From Candidatus Thorarchaeota archaeon (GTDB taxonomy: Archaea; Asgardarchaeota; Thorarchaeia; Thorarchaeales; Thorarchaeaceae): a stretch of DNA of 64,000 nt. Location of the stretch: contig JBHLQH010000004.1 of the NCBI GenBank assembly GCA_048884965.1, forward strand, positions 64,001-128,000, in the 5' to 3' direction. The position numbers were made by a program, and so were the translations under genes. The notes below the pieces were generated by a model. The model did no database searches, was not told the DNA's origin, and was given only the letters and a program-made list of their open reading frames with translations. The stretch's first letter is position 1, and each line of letters starts with the position of its first letter. Of the stretch, positions 39,359 to 49,291 are shown piece by piece.

Positions 39359-39520
39359 AAAAGGGATGTTTACGTATTATATAGAGCTTTTCAGCGACGC
39401 TTCTTTCATTTTAGCTCCTTATAAAGGGAGGATGTATTTGGCCATTCGAAAAATAAATCCGGCAGAACCTTATATGCCACTTTTCCATGCCATTATTCAT
39501 CAGTTAGGAGAGGTTGTAAG

Positions 39521-42424
39521 ATGAAGCGCACGCTTATTCTTATCATTTTAGTAATATCCACATTCATGGTCTTCAATCCAACCCCACAGAATCAATCACC
39601 TTTTGTTGAACTCGGAAGGGAGATTTCTATTATTGAAGACTTCAATGATAGTGGAGAGAAGCAGGATGTGACTGTCCGCTTTGATAGAGAGCTAACTCTA
39701 TCAGAGATAGAATACTATGAGAGTAGAGGTATAGACTTCGGAGAAAAGATTCAGAACATCGGTTCAATATACATTGTGAAAGCATCACAACTTGCCCTAG
39801 ACAATCTTGGGAAGGATACTAGGTTTGAGAGCACAGAACCACTGAAACAACCAAGGTATCAAATGCCAAGAGATGTTTCGATAACTGATTGCTATGCGGA
39901 TATCGCTCAACAAATGCAGGACTACTATGGATGCAACCTTACAGGAGAAGGGATTCTAGTTGCAGACTTAGACACTGGCGTTCAGTGGAGACACCCGGAT
40001 TTCTTCTTTGCCGATGGACCGAGTATACACTACTTTGAAACTTCAGGGACTCCACCGAATATGTGGATTTTCAATAATGGAACAGATGGAGTAGATCTGA
40101 ACAACAATTTCGCAATCGAAAGCAACGAGAAGCTCTATGCAATTGATGTCAATGAAAATGCCGCAATAGATGCTGATGTCGATTGGATATGGTTAGATAA
40201 TGGAACCACAGTAGGGGCTATTGATGATGGTGATGCATTCTTTGCAGTAAACGATACAGACTCCGATAATGTAGTAGAAGGTGTTGATTACTTAGTCAGA
40301 TTAAAGACACCTAAGACGAAGTATCTCGTTCACAAGGTGTCTGGATTCATTCAAGCTTGGGAGAGAGGAGTCAATTTAACTTCAAGTACATTCTATGATA
40401 CGGATGGACATGGTACTGGTGTAGCAGGAATTCTAAATGGAGGGCAATTAGGGTATAGAAAATATGTCGGAGTTGCACCTGACGCAGAGCTCATGGCCAT
40501 CAATATCTTTGGTAATGATGGCCTTACAGTAGAGGAAGGGCTTGTCTATGCAAGAGATCATGGAGCAGATGTGATACTCATAGAGGTAGGCTCTTGGACG
40601 TATGAGTTCTTAGATGGATCCAGTAATGTCGAATTAATGATTGATACACTAACAGCAAGTGGCATACCGGTTATTGTGCCGGCTGGAAACCTTAGAGGAG
40701 CAAATCGACACGCAGCAAGAACTGGAACAGCCAATACCATACAATCAACGGACTTCCGAATCCCAACATCACTTGGAGCGACAGAAGTATATCTCACAGT
40801 TCTTTGTGACAAATTGGTGAATAATGCTCAAGTGAATATCACCGAGCCAACTTCCTCAGGCAGCATTGTACACCAGCTCAGTTTCGGAATCGGTTACTAT
40901 CAATGGACCACTGCATCATATGGCGTTAATGTCACAATAGATGCGTTCATTGCGAATTCAACGAGAGCTGGTTGGTACATGATTGCTGTTGATATTAGAG
41001 GAACTATAAAGGACACATCCTACTGGTCTATTGATATTGAGAATACTCAGAATGCTCAATATCACTTCTACATCTCTGATGACGCAAGTGCATGGAGTGG
41101 AGGAGCAGAATGGTATGGACCACATGGAGTCACGAATCAAAATACGATTACATGGCCATCAACAGCGGATACAGCAATATCTGTTGCATCATATCACACT
41201 AGATCAATATGGGCAACAGCAGGTTCTTTGGCGTCGTTCTCATCAGAAGGTCCCAGAGTTGATGGAAATAGTAAGATGTCAATTGCTGCGCCTGGAGGAT
41301 GGGATGTCATCTCAGCATGGTCAAGTGACTCTGCATGGGCAACATGGTATGATAATTACGGAGGTCTCGCGTTAGATTCCGTATTTGGAGGATATAGACT
41401 CTTTAGCGGAACTTCAGCATCTGGACCTCATGTTGCTGGGGCAGCAGCACTTATCCTCCAGCTCAATGCAGATTGTGGTTCAATTGTTAAGGACATTATC
41501 GAATCCACAGCATATAATGACGGGTTTACAGGAGTGATACCTCCGCCACCCGGGGTAGCGAATATCGGTTGGGGGTATGGTAAGCTTAATGTTTCAAATG
41601 CAATAGAAGAAACGATGAAGCTCCCCGTCATCTGGGAAGTACAGGAAAATCCCTTGCCACCAGAATACAATGAAACATTCGTTGTAACAGTCAATGTGTC
41701 AAATGCTGATTTTGTGGTCTTCGATTGGACTTCCAACGCTTGGTCATCAATGATTCATTCAAACATGACTCTATCTAGTGGAGTGTATACAGCTTCAATA
41801 CCTAGTCATGCGTACTCAACTGCTATAGAATACAAAGTGATACCGATCAACTCCTCTGCTATTGGAGGACCAGTATATGGTGGAGATTACACTGTTGTAG
41901 ACACTATTGCTCCTGTAATAGGTTCATACTGGCATAACGCTACAGGGACAGTTGTTGATCCAACATTCATAGACATCGCCATCCAAGCAACGGAACCCGT
42001 AAACGCATCAGGCATATGGGCAGTGGATATAGAGTTCACACTGGATAACTGGGTATCTATAAACTACATCACAATGACCTACAATGGAACCCATTGGATT
42101 GGTATGATAACCCCCGCACCAGCACCATTCACTGTCCAGTTCAGAGTCGCGGTATGGGATAATGCGATGAACATAGCAAGGACATCCAGCTTCTCGTACA
42201 CTGTGACACCGGCAACGACTACGACAACAACTACAACCACTACAACCACAACGACCACAACAACAACTACAACAGATACAGGTACTACTTCGGATACTAT
42301 TACTGGACCGACAACGACTTTCAACTTGCCAGAATGGATTCAAGAAAACATGACCTTGGTGTTAGTTGCTGGAACAATCCTGTTGCTGCTGATCATCATA
42401 GTAGCGTGTAGGCGACGGAACTAG
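39521..42424 (+). CDS. Membrane-anchored S8 (subtilisin-like) serine protease
   Basis: Signal peptide; catalytic DLDTG, DGHGTGVAG, oxyanion PAGN and FSGTSASGPHVAG; Ig-like domains, poly-Thr linker, TM helix and RRRN tail. Confidence 0.92.
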   Translation: MKRTLILIILVISTFMVFNPTPQNQSPFVELGREISIIEDFNDSGEKQDVTVRFDRELTLSEIEYYESRGIDFGEKIQNIGSIYIVKASQLALDNLGKDTRFESTEPLKQPRYQMPRDVSITDCYADIAQQMQDYYGCNLTGEGILVADLDTGVQWRHPDFFFADGPSIHYFETSGTPPNMWIFNNGTDGVDLNNNFAIESNEKLYAIDVNENAAIDADVDWIWLDNGTTVGAIDDGDAFFAVNDTDSDNVVEGVDYLVRLKTPKTKYLVHKVSGFIQAWERGVNLTSSTFYDTDGHGTGVAGILNGGQLGYRKYVGVAPDAELMAINIFGNDGLTVEEGLVYARDHGADVILIEVGSWTYEFLDGSSNVELMIDTLTASGIPVIVPAGNLRGANRHAARTGTANTIQSTDFRIPTSLGATEVYLTVLCDKLVNNAQVNITEPTSSGSIVHQLSFGIGYYQWTTASYGVNVTIDAFIANSTRAGWYMIAVDIRGTIKDTSYWSIDIENTQNAQYHFYISDDASAWSGGAEWYGPHGVTNQNTITWPSTADTAISVASYHTRSIWATAGSLASFSSEGPRVDGNSKMSIAAPGGWDVISAWSSDSAWATWYDNYGGLALDSVFGGYRLFSGTSASGPHVAGAAALILQLNADCGSIVKDIIESTAYNDGFTGVIPPPPGVANIGWGYGKLNVSNAIEETMKLPVIWEVQENPLPPEYNETFVVTVNVSNADFVVFDWTSNAWSSMIHSNMTLSSGVYTASIPSHAYSTAIEYKVIPINSSAIGGPVYGGDYTVVDTIAPVIGSYWHNATGTVVDPTFIDIAIQATEPVNASGIWAVDIEFTLDNWVSINYITMTYNGTHWIGMITPAPAPFTVQFRVAVWDNAMNIARTSSFSYTVTPATTTTTTTTTTTTTTTTTTTTDTGTTSDTITGPTTTFNLPEWIQENMTLVLVAGTILLLLIIIVACRRRN
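42215..42274 (+). repeat. (ACN)20 codon repeat encoding a poly-Thr linker
   Basis: acg act acg aca aca act aca acc ..., 20 consecutive Thr codons. Confidence 0.9.
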
Positions 42425-42431
42425 CAAGAAT

Positions 42432-42468
42432 AGAAGCTCTCCTGTAGGGAGCTTCTCCATCCTTTTTT
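42432..42468 (+). terminator. Hairpin plus T-tract terminator after the S8 protease
   Basis: AGAAGCTC-tcctgtagg-GAGCTTCT followed by CCATCCTTTTTT. Confidence 0.65.
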
Positions 42469-42545
42469 AGAGCCAAGAATATATTTTGCGGATTCCATAA
42501 ATTAATAGTAGAATTGGCAATCAAGTAGTATAGGAGCGAAATCAT

Positions 42546-43196
42546 TTGACAGAGGAATCCAAGTGCGACCCGATCTATTTTGATGAAACTTGTGGGTTCA
42601 TTGACAGAGTGAAGGCCCAACTTAGACTGACACAAGGCACTGAAATCGCACGAAGATATCTGGCGATGAATGCATTTGACGGCATCCTTCCAGTTTTGGG
42701 AATCATTATGGGCGGATTTGCGTCCCTAGCCTTCCAAGATTCACTAGTAATATTTGAAACTTCGATTCTCGCTATTTTCGCAACGAGTTTTGCTATGCTC
42801 ATCTCAGGCATAACATCATCCTATCTTACCGAAGGAGCGGAGAGAAAACGAGATATCGAGGAACTAGAGCGCGCCTTGCTGAAAAGCCTTGATGGTAGTA
42901 TAATTGTAAAGGCGACAAAAACAACAACATTAGTGGTATCTTTCATAAATGGTATTTCGCCATTTGGTGCAGCCATGATCACATCCGCTCCCTTGCTCTT
43001 GGTATTTCTTGGTTTACCAATAGCAACCGCATTCGCATTCTCTGTTCTCGTTGCAATGCTGCTGCTCTTCATCCTAGGCCTCTTCTTGGGAAGGATCTCG
43101 AAATCGAATATGCTTGCCTATGGGTTGAAGACACTAGCAGCAGGAATACTAGTTGTGATCATGATATGGTTCTTCTCAAATCTAACAGGCTATTGA
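42546..43196 (+). CDS. VIT1/CCC1 family (Fe/Mn transporter-like) membrane protein
   Basis: RRYLAMNAFDGIL, ISGITSSYLTEGAER and LFILGLFLGRIS motifs. Confidence 0.8.
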   Translation: MTEESKCDPIYFDETCGFIDRVKAQLRLTQGTEIARRYLAMNAFDGILPVLGIIMGGFASLAFQDSLVIFETSILAIFATSFAMLISGITSSYLTEGAERKRDIEELERALLKSLDGSIIVKATKTTTLVVSFINGISPFGAAMITSAPLLLVFLGLPIATAFAFSVLVAMLLLFILGLFLGRISKSNMLAYGLKTLAAGILVVIMIWFFSNLTGY

Positions 43197-43199
43197 AGA

Positions 43200-43610
43200 T
43201 CAATTCTCGGATGGATACCGTGCTGAATAGAGATAGCTTGTCAGTAAGAAGAAGACAAGGATCACTGGTATAACAAGTGACACGAGAGACCCTTCTATGG
43301 TGACAAATTGATTGGATATGGCAATTAACCTGTTGATGTAAATCCCTACTATAACAGGAAACACTGTAATCAAGAGAATATCCTTCCTCTCTATTGGCTT
43401 TCTATCAGCCCATAACAGGAGTAGGGTCCAACCAAACATGAGTGGGGCACCCATACCCATCGCAAACATATAATCAAAGCCCGGAGCAAATGATTCGAAG
43501 CCCTCCATAACTGCAAAGAGATCTGGAGAGATCATCGCCAAACCAACAAACGCATCAATTAGGGCACCTGCCCAATAACTGATTCTTAGTAGTAGTATAT
43601 TTCGTTCCAT
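43200..43610 (-). CDS. Four-TM hypothetical membrane protein, divergent from a MarR gene
   Basis: Four hydrophobic helices, LMFGWTLLLLWADRKPIERK. ATG at 43610 preferred because the 43631 ATG lies inside an operator box. Confidence 0.7.
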   Translation of the reverse strand: MERNILLLRISYWAGALIDAFVGLAMISPDLFAVMEGFESFAPGFDYMFAMGMGAPLMFGWTLLLLWADRKPIERKDILLITVFPVIVGIYINRLIAISNQFVTIEGSLVSLVIPVILVFFLLTSYLYSARYPSEN

Positions 43611-43625
43611 TTCAATCACTTTTAT

Positions 43626-43690
43626 TTCCATATTGGAATGTTTTCACAGTGGAATTAATAACGATATATATAAATATTCCCACTGTGGAA
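43626..43690. promoter_or_regulatory. Three TTCCA-N3-TGGAA palindromic boxes flanking an AT-rich TATA-like core
   Basis: TTCCAtatTGGAA (43626-43638), TTTCAcagTGGAA (43642-43654) and TCCCActgTGGAA (43678-43690) around ATATATATAAATA. Confidence 0.72.
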
Positions 43691-43723
43691 ATAATTTAGT
43701 ATGGATAGAACTGGCGAGGCGAA

Positions 43724-44161
43724 ATGATGTCGAATATTGAAGAGATCGTGGAACTGTTTACGAAAATTCTAGAGTCAGTCACCTTTGCCATTGAAGAGCT
43801 GGAATTCAATCAGCATCAGGTAGGGAGAGGTATTTTCATCATCGATTATATTGGGAATAATGAACCGTGTAATCTGAAGGATATCTATGAGAATACAAAA
43901 TTCCCTCCAAGCACAGCGTCTCGAAGGGTAGACGAGCTCGTGAAAGCTGGATTCATTGAAAGAGCAAGATCAGAAGAAGATAGACGAGAAATCATTCTTC
44001 AATTGACTGAGGATGGTCTTACAGTCTTCAGGATCTTCAGAGATCATCGAATCAAATCGCTCAAGCAATTTCTCAAGTCATTTGATTCGAACGAGGTTGA
44101 AAACTTCACGCGGATTCTTCGACACCTTGTAGATAATCATGAAGATATCTTTGTCATCTAA
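43724..44161 (+). CDS. MarR family transcriptional regulator
   Basis: PPSTASRRVDELVKAGFIERARSEEDRREIILQLTEDG. Confidence 0.9.
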   Translation: MMSNIEEIVELFTKILESVTFAIEELEFNQHQVGRGIFIIDYIGNNEPCNLKDIYENTKFPPSTASRRVDELVKAGFIERARSEEDRREIILQLTEDGLTVFRIFRDHRIKSLKQFLKSFDSNEVENFTRILRHLVDNHEDIFVI

Positions 44162-44235
44162 TGGTTGTAGTCCTGTCAACAAAACTAAGTAGAACATAAT
44201 GCATACCATACTCACGTGTATTGGGAGGTTATCCA

Positions 44236-45075
44236 TTGAGCATAGAATTACCTGAGATAGAAATTCTATCCAAACAGATGAATGAGATAATGACTTCAAA
44301 GAGCATATCTGATGTGCGTGTGGAGAATTACGAAAAGCTCCAGAATTCAAGCTTCTTCAATAAGGATACCACTACGTACAGTAATCTTGTTGGTTGTAAA
44401 ATTAGGGAAGTTACAGGAAGAGGAACCGTCATCAGAATCAGAATGGACAAAGAAAGGAATCTCTTGTTAGCTCCAGAAATGGGCGGAGAGCTTAGATTGT
44501 TCTCAAACGAAGCTGATATGCCTAAGAAATATCATCTTCGAGTGGACTTCACAGATGGCAGTATCTTCTCGATCTATCTGAAAGGGTATGGATTAGTTTA
44601 TGCCTCAAATGATTCGAATCTCTCCAATGTCTACTCGTATAACAGAGATTTCCTTAATGGAGTTTCACCATTAGAAGAGGATTACACACTTGATTATGTA
44701 AAGAGAGCCCTTGAAGAGAAAGATAGGAATCTGAAGACCCTACTCGTAGGGAAAGAAGCCATTGTTGTAGGATATGGTAATGCAGGATTCCAAGAGATCG
44801 CATTTGATTCTGGAATTCATCCCAAAAGAAAGAGTTCGACACTATCCATTACAGAAAAGAAGGCTCTGTTCAAGGCTATTAGAAGAGTCACAGATATGAG
44901 AATCAAGCAGGGAGGAAAGGACTCATTCACCGATCTATTCGGGAACAAAGGAAATCATGTTCCACTGATTGGAGGACATCTGAGAGATATGGCATGTCCA
45001 AAGTGCGGTACGATCATCGAGAGGTTGATGTTCGGTGGTGGACCTACCTATCTTTGTCCATCTTGTCAAATCTAA
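44236..45075 (+). CDS. Fpg/Nei (MutM-like) DNA glycosylase homologue with atypical active site
   Basis: SIELPE N-terminus, H2TH GYGNAGFQEIAFDSGIHP and CPKC...CPSCQ zinc finger; TTG start at 44236 after GGAGGT. Confidence 0.85.
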   Translation: MSIELPEIEILSKQMNEIMTSKSISDVRVENYEKLQNSSFFNKDTTTYSNLVGCKIREVTGRGTVIRIRMDKERNLLLAPEMGGELRLFSNEADMPKKYHLRVDFTDGSIFSIYLKGYGLVYASNDSNLSNVYSYNRDFLNGVSPLEEDYTLDYVKRALEEKDRNLKTLLVGKEAIVVGYGNAGFQEIAFDSGIHPKRKSSTLSITEKKALFKAIRRVTDMRIKQGGKDSFTDLFGNKGNHVPLIGGHLRDMACPKCGTIIERLMFGGGPTYLCPSCQI

Positions 45076-45149
45076 AATATCTCATTTCATCAACACATTG
45101 ACCACAGATAGAAAGAAATGGGACTCAATATGCTGGAAACGTGAGGAAC

Positions 45150-45890
45150 ATGGTAGAGCTGATAATTGGAGAACTCACACAGACTGACATCATCCTAGCA
45201 CTATTCACTGGTCTGGCAGGAGGCATAATCCTGGCATTGGCATATGTGATGGCTGAGAGAGGTGTAGACCATTGGAAACCTAGGAAAATGGTCCATATCG
45301 GGATGGGCTCAATCATTGCTCTAACTGTTCATGCCTATGCCACCATCAGTGGACCGGCCTTAGCTGCAGGCATCTTCCTGACCATTCTTATGTATGCATG
45401 GGCTCATAAGAGTGATTTAATCGCGGAACTACTAGTTGCTGGAAGTAGAGAAAATGAGAGTTCTCTCAATACCTTCGCTTCGGGATTCATGGGAATGATT
45501 GCATTCATGGTGGCATTTCTCCTATTCTTCCAACGTCCAGAGATCTTTGTTGCAGCAATCTTGGCAGTGGCTTGGGGTGATGCTGCAGGTGAGGTTGTGG
45601 GAAGGTCTGTAGGAGGAACGATTTCTAGTAGAAAATTCCGAGGGAAATCAGTTGAAGGAAGCTTTGGCGTTTGGACCATGACTATTGTGTCAATTATGGT
45701 AGCTATGTTTCTGTACTCTATAGATGCGTGTCCATTATGTGTAATCGGTCAAATAGCGGTTATAGGAATCGTCATTATGATCATCGAGCTATTCAGTATT
45801 GGATGGACTGATAACTTCCTTATTCCTCTAGCAACAGCTTTCCTCATGTGGCTCCTGATATTCCCCGGGATGCCACTCTTTCTGGCCTAA
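45150..45890 (+). CDS. CTP-dependent polyprenol/diacylglycerol kinase family (dolichol/phytol kinase-like)
   Basis: RKMVHIG, WGDAAGEVVGR, KSVEGS and TDNFLIP; multiple TM helices. Confidence 0.82.
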   Translation: MVELIIGELTQTDIILALFTGLAGGIILALAYVMAERGVDHWKPRKMVHIGMGSIIALTVHAYATISGPALAAGIFLTILMYAWAHKSDLIAELLVAGSRENESSLNTFASGFMGMIAFMVAFLLFFQRPEIFVAAILAVAWGDAAGEVVGRSVGGTISSRKFRGKSVEGSFGVWTMTIVSIMVAMFLYSIDACPLCVIGQIAVIGIVIMIIELFSIGWTDNFLIPLATAFLMWLLIFPGMPLFLA

Positions 45891-45896
45891 ACTGGC

Positions 45897-46802
45897 TTAC
45901 TCCCAATCAATAATCCGAGTGATGCCACTCTCACCAAGCTCACAGACTAGCTTCAGCTCCGCAAGAATACTTGTCCATCCGACATCATAACCAACCGCAG
46001 CTTCAGGAGATTTAAAGCCATGATGATGGAGGCTAACAAGGGTCGAATCCTTTACCTCTTCAAAGCGAATATTCACCAATGTTTCGGGTTCATCTCCGTA
46101 GACCCAAGTGAATTCGAGCTCTTTCTCGGGAATCATTTTGCGAAATATTAGCGGACCTTTTCCCTCTGCCCACCATGTATAGATACCAGCATATTGTCTA
46201 TCAACGACTGGATCATCAGCTCGAATGAAATGTCGAAGCTTCTCTGGATTCACCCAAACATCAAAAGGCAAAACTGGAGGAGCTCGTATGAGAACACTCA
46301 GCCGAATATCCTGAGAATCATACGGAGTTACTCTTAGAGGATGATAATCAGTATAATCGAACTTGAAAGCAGGTTCGCCTAGCTCAATCACAGCCTTGAA
46401 ATTTGCCAAAAGGATATTCCAGTGATCTGAAAGATGAAGGTCCTTCGCTCCATCTGGTATCGCCCCATGCTTCACATCTATTTGCGTTCCAATGGGGATT
46501 GCAACGAACCGAATGACAAAGAGCGTTTCGGAGCCGAGGATGCCCCAGCTAAAGAGTATAGCCCTAGGGGACTTATAGCGCCGAATATTCCAGGTGTTCT
46601 CCATCTCTGGCGTTGTGGGTGCATTCTTACCAGAGAAGCGAATGTAACCATGGGGGGATAAATCAGCGCTGATTTCATTTCCCAACCATTGTGTCATAAT
46701 GACAGGATTAAGGAAGCTCTCCCATACCTCATCTAGCGGATGAGCTATCCGAACTGACAGGTGAATGATAGGCATTACATCCTCCACTGGCTGTTCAGCC
46801 AC
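45897..46802 (-). CDS. Tandem SRPBCC/AHSA1 domain protein
   Basis: Two repeats of IxAPxxxVW/F..xPExLxxW/F, with HWNILLANFK and GWTSILAELK C-terminal helices. Confidence 0.82.
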   Translation of the reverse strand: MAEQPVEDVMPIIHLSVRIAHPLDEVWESFLNPVIMTQWLGNEISADLSPHGYIRFSGKNAPTTPEMENTWNIRRYKSPRAILFSWGILGSETLFVIRFVAIPIGTQIDVKHGAIPDGAKDLHLSDHWNILLANFKAVIELGEPAFKFDYTDYHPLRVTPYDSQDIRLSVLIRAPPVLPFDVWVNPEKLRHFIRADDPVVDRQYAGIYTWWAEGKGPLIFRKMIPEKELEFTWVYGDEPETLVNIRFEEVKDSTLVSLHHHGFKSPEAAVGYDVGWTSILAELKLVCELGESGITRIIDWE

Positions 46803-46924
46803 GATACCACACTCTCTATTTCAATACTCTATGTTCCTTATCTTTTTGCTTATTGAATCAACAGAACATGTGAGTACAGACATATCAGCATTTTCCGTTT
46901 ATAGACTATCAGGTAGTGGAACTC

Positions 46925-46961
46925 AAATAAGAAAGAAAAAAAGAGAGGGTCTTTCGACCCC
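46925..46961 (-). terminator. GAAA-tetraloop hairpin plus long T-tract
   Basis: Minus strand GGGGTC-GAAA-GACCCT-CTCTTTTTTTCTTTCTTATTT, about 10 nt after the stop at 46971. Confidence 0.7.
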
Positions 46962-46970
46962 ACAATCGAT

Positions 46971-48143
46971 CTATTGCATTGGTTTATTCAAGGGCCACTT
47001 TCGCCAAAGGTATGCGAATACCAGCTGAACCCAGAGAAGGACCAGTAGGAATGGAGTCAGGTTGTCGAAGAAAGGATTACCTACATACAGGATGGAGAGA
47101 ATTGGTGCGATATAGTAAGATGCAATGAAGAAGATAGTTCCTAAGACAACAATGAATATCAAGCGTATCAGGAAATTCTTACTTTGGCTGTAGCCTTTCG
47201 GCCAGTTATCCATGAAAAGAGATACCGCAATTACAGCCATTATCAACCAATCCGCATAGGCAACATTCCACAATCCTACTGCCACAGCTTGCTGAGTTAG
47301 TCCAGGGTCAGGAAAACCAAAGGCAAAAAACATTGGAACAGTTATGAAAAAGCCAACATATCCTGCTACGATTACCCAAAGATAACCTAAGACTATACAG
47401 ACGATGAAGGCAACAATACCGATTAGAGGTTGTTTGCCCGCTTTATTCCATGGCCAATACTCGAATGCCATCAATGTCAATAGTGAGAAGAATATCGTCC
47501 ATTGTGTCCAAGCCATGTTTATGCCGTATGCTGGTAGTACCCATGATAGGGGATCAGCAAGTACAGCCGCAGGATTTCCAAATGGGAAGAATAAGAATAA
47601 CCAGGTCACTAATGTGATTATCCATCCAATGATGAACACGATAGCTCCACGTACTGGTTGCTTCTTGTCGAATACAGGCCAATACATTGTTCCCGCAACC
47701 CACAGTACTGCAAAGGAGAAGCAGGCTCCGGAAAGAGACCCGAAGATTGCCCAACCAACGCCAAGTCTAACAAATGGGTCTACAATACCCAAACTTGAAG
47801 CGTAAGCCTCAGCAAACGCATTTGCCACAAAGAAGAAGACGAGAGCAACGACTACATTCAGAATAGTAGCTGCTAGTCCAACCTTCCATGGTGTCTTCAA
47901 TTTATAGAATGGCCAATTCTCAAACCAAATGGCAAAAAGAACAGCCATCAAGCCAAAACCACCAAATAATGATATAGCCGCAGAAAATGGAGAAAAGCCA
48001 ATCACATACCATACTGCGATTGATACAAGGAATGTCCAGATCAATGCAATAATACCTGCGATAGGTTGTTTCCAGCGCGGCATCATTACCAACGGTGCTT
48101 CTTCAGCTTCAGGGATTCCGATTTTATCACCCGTTAATGCCAA
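46971..48143 (-). CDS. Ten-TM membrane protein built from five internal repeats (putative transporter/channel)
   Basis: Recurring aromatic-x-x-WP motifs FENWPF, TMYWPV, FEYWPW, MDNWPK and WRKWPL at roughly 75-85 aa spacing. Confidence 0.72.
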   Translation of the reverse strand: MALTGDKIGIPEAEEAPLVMMPRWKQPIAGIIALIWTFLVSIAVWYVIGFSPFSAAISLFGGFGLMAVLFAIWFENWPFYKLKTPWKVGLAATILNVVVALVFFFVANAFAEAYASSLGIVDPFVRLGVGWAIFGSLSGACFSFAVLWVAGTMYWPVFDKKQPVRGAIVFIIGWIITLVTWLFLFFPFGNPAAVLADPLSWVLPAYGINMAWTQWTIFFSLLTLMAFEYWPWNKAGKQPLIGIVAFIVCIVLGYLWVIVAGYVGFFITVPMFFAFGFPDPGLTQQAVAVGLWNVAYADWLIMAVIAVSLFMDNWPKGYSQSKNFLIRLIFIVVLGTIFFIASYYIAPILSILYVGNPFFDNLTPFLLVLLWVQLVFAYLWRKWPLNKPMQ

Positions 48144-48448
48144 ATCTCTACACCTCTCTCAAAAAAGGAGATTAGCTAAAATCTAATACATTCCCCCTAC
48201 TTTAAGACTTCGAAAACTAAAACGAATAGTGATTTGAGCAACGGGAACCTAAAGCACTCTCTGTCAGAATCATCATGATGTAGGACCAATGTCTGAAGAG
48301 CAAGAATCAAGGGAATTTGATTAAAGCACTAACAAGCCTATGGGTTTCTTGGTCTGAGTCCAAATCTTTGGTATCCATCCATAGTAATAGCAATTTGCTA
48401 ACTCTGCATTTTTTAGGTAGAAAGACACTCTTAGACTGGTGAGAAACC

Positions 48449-49222
48449 ATGCAAGTAGTAACGATTGATGAAAGAGAGATAGCATACAAGATAAGTGGTA
48501 ATGAGTCAGGTCCAAAGTTGATTCTAATCCACGGACTCTTCGTTAACAGTGACTGTTGGAGAGATCAGCTATCATTCTTCGAAAAGAACTACCATGTTAT
48601 GAGATTTGATTTGTACGGACATGGACGTTCTCACAAGCCGGGCAAGAGATTTACTATTAGAAACTATGTAACTGATATGGTGAACCTTCTGAATCATATT
48701 GGGTGGGTTGAGGACCTTGTCATAATGGGGCATTCACTTGGAGGGATGATTGCTCTTGTCTTTTCCTTGGAGAACCCAGCAAGTGTTAGCAAACTCGTCA
48801 TTTCTAGCTCCTACTGCTTCGTTAGCAATGAAGCTATTACAGATGTTGCTGGACGAGTCAACAGCAATCCCATCGAGAAGTTTGGATTAGGCATAGGCAA
48901 ACGGGGTCTGAATCCCTACAATGAGGAGGATGCACAATGGATTGCCAAGCAGGTAAGCGATCACCTTACAAGTAATGATGCCCTACTTGCTACCGCAGCC
49001 TCAGCAGGTTTCAATATTTGTGAGAATCTGAGGAATTTGACCATCCCGACCCTCCTTATCGTAGGAGAGAAGGATATCACAACACCAGTTTGGGCCTCTG
49101 AGATGTTACACGAATGGTTACCTCATTCTGAAATTGAGGTGATTTCTGGAGCAGCGCATTTAGTTATCATTGATCACTCTGAGGAATTCAATACATTAGT
49201 GGCAAAATTCCTTGAAAAGTGA
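48449..49222 (+). CDS. Alpha/beta hydrolase (enol-lactonase/esterase-like)
   Basis: LIHG oxyanion, FDLYGHGRS, GHSLGG nucleophile, GEKD and GAAH. Confidence 0.9.
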   Translation: MQVVTIDEREIAYKISGNESGPKLILIHGLFVNSDCWRDQLSFFEKNYHVMRFDLYGHGRSHKPGKRFTIRNYVTDMVNLLNHIGWVEDLVIMGHSLGGMIALVFSLENPASVSKLVISSSYCFVSNEAITDVAGRVNSNPIEKFGLGIGKRGLNPYNEEDAQWIAKQVSDHLTSNDALLATAASAGFNICENLRNLTIPTLLIVGEKDITTPVWASEMLHEWLPHSEIEVISGAAHLVIIDHSEEFNTLVAKFLEK

Positions 49223-49291
49223 GCTGCAATCCACACGAGGATTCCTTATTTTGAGAGAAACCAAGTGGGCAAAACCTGAAGGGAGAAAGAT

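Noticed and set aside
42008-42343. Cys-rich and poly-Val minus-strand ORFs (metallothionein-like appearance)
   Set aside because: Antisense readings of the poly-Thr ACN repeat in the S8 protease.
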